From contig CAZUXW010000004.1 in assembly GCA_964624625.1 (NCBI GenBank), positions 28,931 through 92,930 on the forward strand: a stretch of DNA of 64,000 nucleotides, read 5' to 3'. The stretch is from an uncultured bacterium (GTDB taxonomy: Bacteria; Oederibacteriota; Muellerivitia; Muellerivitales; Muellerivitaceae). Shown piece by piece: positions 26,576 to 34,383 of this stretch. Positions within the stretch are counted from its first letter, which is position 1, and every line of letters begins with the position of its first letter. Below the pieces are notes generated by a model. The model worked only from the letters and a program-made list of their open reading frames with translations. It was not told the DNA's origin and made no database searches. The position numbers and the translations under genes were made by a program.

Positions 26576-29500
26576 TTGGAAACCTCCGTTGGAACGCCAG
26601 CGGCAGGGCCGGCTGTCGTGGGAGCGGCGCCTGGGTTCACGGTTTCAACCGGCGCGGCCGTTGGTTCAGCCTTTGCCGGTCCTGGTTCGGGGGTGGAGGT
26701 TTTCACTTTTTTACCATTTCCTTTTCCTTTTTTCACCGGTTTGGCCTTGGCGGGTTTTTTGGCCCTCTCCTTGGCCAAGAAGGGTTCTAACGCCTTGAGC
26801 CGTTTCAAGGTCGCTGAGCGGTAAGATTTAATGTGGGTGTATTTCAAGATTCGGTTATAGGTCTCCTCCGCCTTGGTAAATTGCTTCATGGACTCGTAAC
26901 ATTCCGCCATCTTGGCGAAGGCCGTCACGACCCATTGGTCCTGGGAGGGGTATTGAATCGTGATATGGTTGAACTCGCTGACCGCTTCCGAGTACTTCCC
27001 CCCCTGCTTCAGGAGGTCGGCGTGGTAAAAAGCCGCTTCCACCGCCAGTTTTTGGTTTTCGGAACGCATGGTCACTTCGTAAGCTTTCGAGGCCTCCTCT
27101 TTACGCCCGTTTTTTTCCAGCAGGACGCCGGCCTGGAGGCCCGCTTCCTGGGCTAGGGGATCCGAACCATAGTCCTTTAAAAGTTTTTGGAAATATTCCA
27201 GGGATTTATCCGGATGGCCCAATTGCTTCTCGCAGATGGCGCTGTTGAAGAGGGAGTGGGGCGCCAAACGGTGGTCGGGGTAGTCTTGAAAAATGCCCGT
27301 ATAGGAGGCGAGGGCGTCCTTGAAATCCTGGGTCTCGAAATAAATGGAGCCGAGGCTGAATTGCCCCTCCAAGGCCAATGGATCGGTTGGGAATTTTTTT
27401 AAAAGGTCCTGGAAGACAGGCAGGGCCTCCTTGTTTTGCCCGTTTTTCACCAGGGCCGTTCCCATCCAAAAAAGGGACCGGGGGGCTTCGGCGCTGGCAG
27501 GATACTTATCGAGCAGGGTTTTGTAGGCCTCCACCGCTTCAGGGTATTTCTCGTCATGGAACAAATTATCCGCCAGACGGTACTGGATGCTCGGGGCAAA
27601 GGAGCTTCCGGGGAATTTTTCCAGAAAATCCTTCGCCACCTTCGAGGACTCGGACTTTTCCCCGAGCTTTTCCGAGGACCATTGGAGGCCGTAGAGGGCG
27701 TCGGGCAAGAGCGGATGCTCGGGATAGAGATCCATGAAGCTGCGGTAGACTTTTTTCGCTTCCGTGAACCGCTTGAGGTTAAAAAGGCAGTCCGCTTCCC
27801 TGAGATGGGCCTCGGGGGCCAGGCTGTCCTTGGGGTTTTCCGCCTCCACTTTGCCGAAAAGAACCTGGGCGGAATCGAAATCCTTGTCCCGGAAACAAGC
27901 CCAAGCGGTCCAGTAGGTCAGCCGCGCCTTGCGGTCCTCCGTTCCCGGTTTTAGGAGGAGCGCCTTCCAGAGTTCCCTGGCATGGGGGAATTTTTCCTGG
28001 CGGTAGGCGCACCAACCCAGCTGCTCCATCGCGTCCAGGGAATAGGGGGCGGCGGCCTTGTCGGTGACCAATTGGCGGTAGAGGGGTTCCGCCTTTTCGT
28101 ACTGGTGCTGGTTGTAAAAGCAATCCCCTGCCCGGAGCTGGGCTTCCATCCCCAAGGGTGAGGAGGGGTTTAACCGGTAGGATTTTTGGAAATTTTTGGC
28201 GGCGTCGTCGTATTTTTCCTGCTGAAAAAGACTCCAGCCGAGCCCGGAGAGGCAATTCAAGGCCAGGTTATCCGCCGGTTGTTTTTGGAGGGCGGCCCCA
28301 TATTCTTTCTCCGCTTCCGGGTAATTTTTTAATTGGTAGTCCGTTTCCGCGGCCCCCCAAAGGGTCCTGGTCTTGAGGTCGCCCTCGGCATCCTTGGCCA
28401 CCTCGCGGAAGGTCGTCAAAGCGCTGTCGTATTTCCCCGTGGCGTAATCGCACCAGGCCTTCCAATAGGAGGAAGCTTGGGCCAACTCACCAGGCCCCTT
28501 CTCATGGGTTTGGCTGTAAAGATCCCTCGCCGCATCGTATTTTTCCTGAAGGTAGAGGCATCCGGCTTGTAGATATTGGGCGTCCCAGCGCAGGTCGCTT
28601 TCCGGAAGGAACTTAGCGACGGCCTCGAAGTGGACCTCGGCCGAGTCAAATTGGCGGTTGGAATAATCGATCCAACCCAGCCCGTATTCCAGGAGGTCGG
28701 CCGGGGTTTTATGCCCCGCCAACTCCAGGCCCCGGCGGTAGGCTTGTCCCGCCGCCTCCTGGTCCCCCAGGACGGAGGATTCGGCGCCCTGCCGGGCCGC
28801 GGCCCAAGGCGCCAACAGGTGGGTGGGAAAGGAGGCGACGATCTTGCCGAAGGTCTTTTCGGCCTGGCTGTGGTTTTTTTGTTTTTCCAGGGTCCAGCCC
28901 AGCCCATAAAGAGCCGGCGCCTCCAGGAAATCATCCGGATATTTTTTCAGGAAATACTCGTAGCCCGTTTGGGCGTCCTGGAAATTTCCAAGGCGGAAGT
29001 GGGTTTCCGCCAATTGAAAAAGCGTCAATTTGGAAAGGGTGTTGTCCTCAGGGGATTTTTCCAGGACCTGGGTGAAGCCCTCCAAAGCCTGGGTATAGTC
29101 GTTGTGCTGGTAGTAGCACCAGGCCCTCAGGTAGCGCACCAAGTTGGCGTATTGGTAGTTTGGATTTTGGTCCAGGATTTTGCCGTATTGCCTTCCGGCG
29201 TTCTCGTAGTCCTCCAGTTGGAAATAACATTCCGCCTCCCAAAAATAAAGGTCGGAGAATGTGTCCGGCTCAAAGGCCCGTTTTTCCAACTCTTGGAACT
29301 TGTCGATGGCCGACCGGTAATTTTTCAGGTAAACGGAGGACACAGCCGATTTAAATTCCAGCCCCAAGGCCCCCGCGGAGAGGGGGTTTAAGTGGAGCGA
29401 TTGTTGGTAGGCCTGGTAGGCGGAGGCGTAGTCCTTCTCGTGAAATTGCGTCTCGCCGATCAGCCGCAGGGCCAGGGCCCTTTCAATGGTGCTTTCGCTT

Positions 29501-29694
29501 TTTTCCTCGACGAGAAGAAATTGCTCCATGGCCAGGTGGTAGGCACGGGATTTCAACAGGGCTTTACCCTGGTCCGCGGGGGAGGGCGGGTCGATGCCGG
29601 CGGCGGACAAATGGCTTGGCCCCCATTGGGCGCAAATCAGCGCAACCCCAAAAAGAATGGGGCGTAAATGGCGAAGGGAATATTTCGGGGTCAT
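26572..29694 (-). CDS. Large (~1040 aa) periplasmic TPR-repeat scaffold protein with a Lys/Pro/Ala-rich C-terminal tail
   Basis: A signal peptide at MTPKYSLRHLRPILFGVALICAQWG, then about 25 TPR-like repeats (recurrent Y..A….G.Y..A pattern). The tail reads KKPAKAKPVKKGKGNGKK…. Its stop overlaps the OM-barrel start. Confidence 0.6.
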   Translation of the reverse strand: MTPKYSLRHLRPILFGVALICAQWGPSHLSAAGIDPPSPADQGKALLKSRAYHLAMEQFLLVEEKSESTIERALALRLIGETQFHEKDYASAYQAYQQSLHLNPLSAGALGLEFKSAVSSVYLKNYRSAIDKFQELEKRAFEPDTFSDLYFWEAECYFQLEDYENAGRQYGKILDQNPNYQYANLVRYLRAWCYYQHNDYTQALEGFTQVLEKSPEDNTLSKLTLFQLAETHFRLGNFQDAQTGYEYFLKKYPDDFLEAPALYGLGWTLEKQKNHSQAEKTFGKIVASFPTHLLAPWAAARQGAESSVLGDQEAAGQAYRRGLELAGHKTPADLLEYGLGWIDYSNRQFDSAEVHFEAVAKFLPESDLRWDAQYLQAGCLYLQEKYDAARDLYSQTHEKGPGELAQASSYWKAWCDYATGKYDSALTTFREVAKDAEGDLKTRTLWGAAETDYQLKNYPEAEKEYGAALQKQPADNLALNCLSGLGWSLFQQEKYDDAAKNFQKSYRLNPSSPLGMEAQLRAGDCFYNQHQYEKAEPLYRQLVTDKAAAPYSLDAMEQLGWCAYRQEKFPHARELWKALLLKPGTEDRKARLTYWTAWACFRDKDFDSAQVLFGKVEAENPKDSLAPEAHLREADCLFNLKRFTEAKKVYRSFMDLYPEHPLLPDALYGLQWSSEKLGEKSESSKVAKDFLEKFPGSSFAPSIQYRLADNLFHDEKYPEAVEAYKTLLDKYPASAEAPRSLFWMGTALVKNGQNKEALPVFQDLLKKFPTDPLALEGQFSLGSIYFETQDFKDALASYTGIFQDYPDHRLAPHSLFNSAICEKQLGHPDKSLEYFQKLLKDYGSDPLAQEAGLQAGVLLEKNGRKEEASKAYEVTMRSENQKLAVEAAFYHADLLKQGGKYSEAVSEFNHITIQYPSQDQWVVTAFAKMAECYESMKQFTKAEETYNRILKYTHIKSYRSATLKRLKALEPFLAKERAKKPAKAKPVKKGKGNGKKVKTSTPEPGPAKAEPTAAPVETVNPGAAPTTAGPAAGVPTEVSK

Positions 29695-29854
29695 GGGTCG
29701 CACGCTATTTTGACGAGGGAATGGCCCGGGGGTTACCACTGAAATTTCTTCGGACGGTTTAAACCGCCCGGGGGACGGTTGAAACGCCCGAAAGGGCCTT
29801 GGGGCCCCGCACCGATGGGAGGATGGCTGGCGCAAGCGGACCGTTTATCCGCGG

Positions 29855-31585
29855 TTAAAACTCATCATCGTCCTCTTCCGCCTCGGTTTTCGACTTTTTG
29901 AGGAATTTTTTCAGCATCTTCTGGAAAGCGCCGGTTTTACGGTGGACCGAGTTCTCCTCGTCCTCCGCGGTTACGGTTTCCGTTCCTTCCTTGGCGTCGG
30001 ATTTCTTGGTTAAAGCCTTAAGGCTCAAGGCGATCCGGCGTTTCCCGGAGTCGATCGACAGCACCTTGACGGTGACTTCCGAACCCACCTTGACGGCGTC
30101 CTCCAGGTTTTTGGGAGGCGGGTTGGAAATCTCGGTTTTATGGATCAAGCCTTCCACGTTTTTTTCCAGTTCCAGGAAAGCGCCGAACTCCACCAAACGG
30201 TAAATCTTGCCCGTGATGACCTGGCCCGGTTTGTACTTCTCCTCAACTTTGTCCCAGGGGTCCCCCTCGACCTGCTTGAGTCCCAGGGAAATTCTTTTCT
30301 TTTCCAGGTCGATCGCCAGCATTTTGACGCTCAAGGTTTGGCCGATCTTGAAATCTTTTTGGGGGGCCTTGGATCTTTTGTCCCAGGTGATGTCCGATTG
30401 ATGAAGGAGTCCCTCCAGCCCTTCCTCAATTTCCATGAAGAGGCCGAAATCGGTGACGTTCGTGACGGTGGCTTGGAAATTGGAGCCGATGGGATGGCGT
30501 TGTCCCACATCCTCCCAAGGGCTCTTCTCCAGGCGCTTGAAACTGAAGTTGATTTTCCGCTTCTCGAAGTCGATTTCAATGATTTGGGCCTGTTTTTTGT
30601 CGCCCACCTTAAATAAATCGGAGGGTTTTTTGAGTTTCTTGGACCAGGAAATCTCGGTGACGTGGCAGAATCCCTCCAGGTTGTCGCTGGTCTTTAAAAA
30701 GACGCCGTAGTCTGCGAAATGGGTGACTTCCACATCCACGATTTGGCCCACCCGGTACCTGGCTTCGGCCTGGGTCCAGGGATCGGCGGTCATCTGCTTC
30801 ATGCCCAGGGAAATTTTTCCTTTTTCCTTGTCGACCTGCAGGATCATGACCTTCACCTGGGAATCCAGTTTCACGAAATCCTCGACCTTGTTAACCCTTC
30901 CCCAGTCGATGTCGGCGATATGGAGGAGACCGTCGATGCCGCCCAAATCCACGAAGGCGCCGTAACTCACGATGCTCTTGACCCTTCCCTCCAGGATTTG
31001 GCCCGGTACTAACTCGGTCAGGCGTTTGTTCCTTGTCTCGTCCCTTTCGACTTCCAAAACGGGCCTGCGGGAAACCACCACATTGGAACGGGCCCGGTCC
31101 AGTTTGATGATTTTAAACTCGTAGATTTTCTCCAGGTGGTCCTCGGTGTCCGCGCCCTTTTGAAGGGTGATTTGACTCGCGGGAAGGAAAGCCTCCACCA
31201 CGCCCAGGTCCACCCGGTATCCGCCGTTCACTTTTTTGGTGACCCGGCCCTTGATCAGGGCTCCCGCCTTGTTTTGCTCCTCAAGGTTTTGCCAGACCCG
31301 GCTTTTATCGACGTTGCGCTTGGAAAGCATCATGCGGCCGTTGGAATCGGACATGCGTTCGACCGACACCTCGACCTTATCCCCGATCTTTACGGTCAAT
31401 TCACCAGCGATGTCAACGAACTCCGAGCGGGGGATCACTCCCTCCGTTTTATAGCCCACGTCAATGACCAATTCGTCGTCGCCGATTTTAATGATTTCAC
31501 CCGTGACCACTTGGCCCCGGGCGACGCGCTTTTCCTCGTTTAAAAGTTCCTCCATCGTCATTTCGGGAATGGGTGAATCAGCCAT
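29855..31585 (-). CDS. rpsA: 30S ribosomal protein S1
   Basis: Six tandem S1 domains (recurrent G.V..I..FGAFV.L..G..GL.H.S motif). The start is taken at MADSPIP. Confidence 0.9.
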   Translation of the reverse strand: MADSPIPEMTMEELLNEEKRVARGQVVTGEIIKIGDDELVIDVGYKTEGVIPRSEFVDIAGELTVKIGDKVEVSVERMSDSNGRMMLSKRNVDKSRVWQNLEEQNKAGALIKGRVTKKVNGGYRVDLGVVEAFLPASQITLQKGADTEDHLEKIYEFKIIKLDRARSNVVVSRRPVLEVERDETRNKRLTELVPGQILEGRVKSIVSYGAFVDLGGIDGLLHIADIDWGRVNKVEDFVKLDSQVKVMILQVDKEKGKISLGMKQMTADPWTQAEARYRVGQIVDVEVTHFADYGVFLKTSDNLEGFCHVTEISWSKKLKKPSDLFKVGDKKQAQIIEIDFEKRKINFSFKRLEKSPWEDVGQRHPIGSNFQATVTNVTDFGLFMEIEEGLEGLLHQSDITWDKRSKAPQKDFKIGQTLSVKMLAIDLEKKRISLGLKQVEGDPWDKVEEKYKPGQVITGKIYRLVEFGAFLELEKNVEGLIHKTEISNPPPKNLEDAVKVGSEVTVKVLSIDSGKRRIALSLKALTKKSDAKEGTETVTAEDEENSVHRKTGAFQKMLKKFLKKSKTEAEEDDDEF

Positions 31586-31702
31586 GGTTGACCTCAAGTT
31601 CTTACTCCGTAAGGAGAAAATTGGAATTTCGGGGTTCATTCTACATCAGAGGGCGTGGCTGTGGAAACTCTTATAAGGGAAAAGGGTGCCAGCGAATCGT
31701 TT

Positions 31703-32326
31703 TTACTTGCTATCGCTTGGCCGAAGTTTGGCGATATTATCCATCAAACGCTCGGCGATTTTAAGATAGGTACTTTTGTCCGCTTTTTCACGATAAAGAT
31801 CCTCCAGCGGAACGGGAGGTCCATAGGTAACCGAGGTTTTTCCGGGACGAGGTAACAGTTTACCCTTGGGCCAACAGTGGAAGGTTCCGGCGATGTAGGC
31901 CGGGATGACTGGGACTTTGGCGTTGTAAAGGAGCATTCCCGCCCCTTTTTTGGCCGGTTGCAGTTCCCCCGTCAAGGTCCTCGTCCCTTCCACGAATAAA
32001 ACCAGCGGTTTTCCCGAATGGAGGAAATCGTGGAACCGCTGGATGGCGGTCTCGTCAAAGGTTCCCCGCTTCACCGGAAAGGCGTTGCAATAGGTAATGA
32101 TGGCGCCGAAGACGGGGACTTTGAAAAGCTCTTCCTTGGCCATGAACCCCACTTCCCTCTCGCGGCTGGTGTAGCCGATGAGATAGGGATCCAAAAAGCT
32201 GGCGTGGTTGGCCACGACGATAAAGGGGCCGGTCAAGGGGATGTTTTCGGTGCCGATGCCCTTGGTTTGGAAAAAGAGGGAGATGAACCAGGTGGTGGTG
32301 ACGCGTAGTTTGGGGAAAGAAGCCAT
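31703..32326 (-). CDS. plsC: 1-acyl-sn-glycerol-3-phosphate acyltransferase
   Basis: HxxxxD motif (ANHASFLD) and an FVEGTR block. Confidence 0.8.
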   Translation of the reverse strand: MASFPKLRVTTTWFISLFFQTKGIGTENIPLTGPFIVVANHASFLDPYLIGYTSREREVGFMAKEELFKVPVFGAIITYCNAFPVKRGTFDETAIQRFHDFLHSGKPLVLFVEGTRTLTGELQPAKKGAGMLLYNAKVPVIPAYIAGTFHCWPKGKLLPRPGKTSVTYGPPVPLEDLYREKADKSTYLKIAERLMDNIAKLRPSDSK

Positions 32327-32348
32327 TCAATCCCTCCAGGGTTTGAAG

Positions 32349-32447
32349 AAATTAGGAATTCGGAATGAGGAGTTGGGAATTGAACCAAAAGCCGCGGGAT
32401 TGTCGTTGGTTTTAAAATTCCTAATTCCTAACTCCTAATTACTAATT
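32349..32447. repeat. Inverted-repeat element built from TAGGAAT-like heptamers (AAATTAGGAATTCGGAATGAGGAGTTGGGAATT … AAAATTCCTAATTCCTAACTCCTAATT) flanking a 27-bp core
   Basis: Read directly. It lies in the plsC upstream region and overlaps the last codons of the DAHP synthase gene. A related copy is at 19337-19369. Confidence 0.55.
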
Positions 32448-33561
32448 ATTTGTTCCATAGTTTCTTCAGACGGTTGTGGGCCAACAGGATCAACTCCTCG
32501 GTGGTGACCCAGTTGATGCAGGCGTCGGTGATGGAGACGCCGTATTGTAATTTGGACCGGTCCTTTTGCAGGGGCTGGTTGCCCTCGTTCAGGTTGCTTT
32601 CCAGCATGAAGCCGACCACCGAGTCATTTCCCTTTTCGATTTGATCCAGGACGGAATTGAAGGCCGTGGGCTGCAAACGGTAGTCCTTGTTGGAGTTGCC
32701 GTGGCTGCAATCCACCACGATATTCTTCGGCAGTCCCGCGTCCGCCAGGCCCTTTTCGCAGGCGGCGATGGAAGCGGGATCGTAGTTGGGCTTGGAGCCC
32801 CCCCTCAGGACGATGTGCGCGTAGGGATTTCCCGTTGTCCGGAAAACGGCTGTTTGGCCGTTTTGATCGATCCCTAAAAAATGATGGGAGCTGTTGGCCG
32901 ACTTGATGCCGTTCAGGGCAACCTGGATGCTTCCATCGGTGGCGTTCTTGAAGCCGATGGGCATGGAAAGGCCGCTGGCCATTTCCCGGTGGGTTTGGGA
33001 CTCGGTCGTGCGGGCGCCGATGGCGGACCAGCTGATGAGGTCGGCCAGATATTGGGGAATAATCGGATCCAGGGCCTCGGTCGCGGTCGGCAGGCCCATT
33101 TCCGTGAATTTCAGGAGCAGGCGGCGCCCCAACAGGATGCCCTTCTCGATATGAAAGGAATCATTCATGTCCGGATCGTTGATCAGGCCCTTCCAACCGA
33201 TGGTCGTGCGGGGTTTCTCGAAATAAACCCTCATCACCAGGAGCATGGTCGACTGGACCATGCCCGCCAGGCGTTTGAGTTTTGACGCGTATTCATAAGC
33301 GGCTTGGGGATCGTGGATGGAACAGGGGCCCACCACCACGAATAAACGGCGGTCCTTGTGGTCGAGGATCGCCTCGACTTCCCTGCGTCCCTTGAGGACC
33401 GTTTCATAGGCCTTTTTGTTCCCCGGCAGTTTCGCCTTCACTTTTTTGGGCGTGATGAGGATTTGGGAGCCGGCCACATGGGTGTCCTGGGCCCTGGCTT
33501 TGAGGTTGATCTTGCCGATTTGGGAGAATTTTAATTTGGGGGATGTCTTTTTTTTCGCCAT
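32446..33561 (-). CDS. aroG: 3-deoxy-7-phosphoheptulonate (DAHP) synthase, class I (AroG/F/H type)
   Basis: Motifs RLFVVVGPCSIHD, KPRTT.GWKGL and GARTTESQ.HRE… match class I alpha DAHP synthase. Confidence 0.9.
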   Translation of the reverse strand: MAKKKTSPKLKFSQIGKINLKARAQDTHVAGSQILITPKKVKAKLPGNKKAYETVLKGRREVEAILDHKDRRLFVVVGPCSIHDPQAAYEYASKLKRLAGMVQSTMLLVMRVYFEKPRTTIGWKGLINDPDMNDSFHIEKGILLGRRLLLKFTEMGLPTATEALDPIIPQYLADLISWSAIGARTTESQTHREMASGLSMPIGFKNATDGSIQVALNGIKSANSSHHFLGIDQNGQTAVFRTTGNPYAHIVLRGGSKPNYDPASIAACEKGLADAGLPKNIVVDCSHGNSNKDYRLQPTAFNSVLDQIEKGNDSVVGFMLESNLNEGNQPLQKDRSKLQYGVSITDACINWVTTEELILLAHNRLKKLWNK

Positions 33562-33652
33562 TCCAATTTCCGCTCTTTCCTGAAAAGTTTGAGGGAGGGA
33601 TTATAGGGACTCCGAGAATGAGTTCCAAGTGGAAGTTTTGGCGGGTCCGGAG

Positions 33653-34282
33653 TCAGGGCCGGTGGAGCGACGACTCTACTTTTGGCTGGAGCGTTTGGAG
33701 GAAGAGCTTTGGCCTGGGACAGTTTAAGAGGACCAGGGGGCCCGAGGGGCTTCCCGTGTCGATCTCGATATGCCCGTAATTAAAGAGGAGTCCCAGAGGG
33801 CTTTGTTGAAAACCGGTCTTGCGGACCGAACCGTAAGGCACGGCGGTCACCCGCCGGATCGGAAACCAGCTTTCAACATAGATCTCGCGCGGGGTGAGTT
33901 TATACCTGGTTCCGATTTGCCAAAGATGGTGGTAAACCGCCGCCGCGACTGCGATCGTCGTCAATCCCCTCTCGCCCCAATAGAGGCCCAAGTCGGCCCA
34001 ACTGACGGGAAGACCCCGCAGGTTTTTGAAGACTTCCAGCAGGTAAGGCGGGAACCATATGAAAAATCGGCGGGTTAAAAGGCAGAAACCGATCGAAAGG
34101 CCGTAGGCGAAAAGGACCATCCACCAGGACGGCATGGTGTTAAGAAGCGGCTGGTTGGGCGGAGACGCCTTGACCTGGTTTTCTCCCGGGGGTTTGGCCC
34201 CCACGGACTTACGAAATATGTTGATGACCGGTGCTCTCATGGAACCTTCCTCGTGCCGCCCAGCGACGAAGCACTTTACCAA
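33653..34282 (-). CDS. Hypothetical membrane protein (bacterial PH-domain-like)
   Basis: Two TM helices followed by a small beta-rich domain. I recognise no confident family. Confidence 0.35.
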   Translation of the reverse strand: MVKCFVAGRHEEGSMRAPVINIFRKSVGAKPPGENQVKASPPNQPLLNTMPSWWMVLFAYGLSIGFCLLTRRFFIWFPPYLLEVFKNLRGLPVSWADLGLYWGERGLTTIAVAAAVYHHLWQIGTRYKLTPREIYVESWFPIRRVTAVPYGSVRKTGFQQSPLGLLFNYGHIEIDTGSPSGPLVLLNCPRPKLFLQTLQPKVESSLHRP

Positions 34283-34304
34283 AAAAAGCCGTGATTTTCA
34301 TTAT

Positions 34305-34363
34305 CTCAAAACGGATTTGAACCACCCAGCCCCTCGCGCCGAGGCGAGGGGCAGGGTGGTTCA
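34305..34363 (-). terminator. Rho-independent terminator after the glycosidase-like gene
   Basis: A ~20-bp near-perfect GC-rich hairpin (TGAACCACCCAGCCCCTCGC…GCGAGGGGCAGGGTGGTTCA) followed on the minus strand by a GTTTTG tract and then a T7 run. Confidence 0.45.
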
Positions 34364-34383
34364 AAAGATTTTGGGGTAAATTT

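Noticed and set aside
28576-29391. 271-aa plus-strand ORF (also 27436-27954 and 26290-26790)
   Set aside because: Antisense inside the large TPR-protein gene with no domain features.
29695-29835. 47-aa N-terminal extension of the TPR giant (MRQPSSHRCGAP…)
   Set aside because: It is atypical and precedes an obvious signal peptide starting at MTPKYSL. The extension is probably untranslated, though this is not certain.
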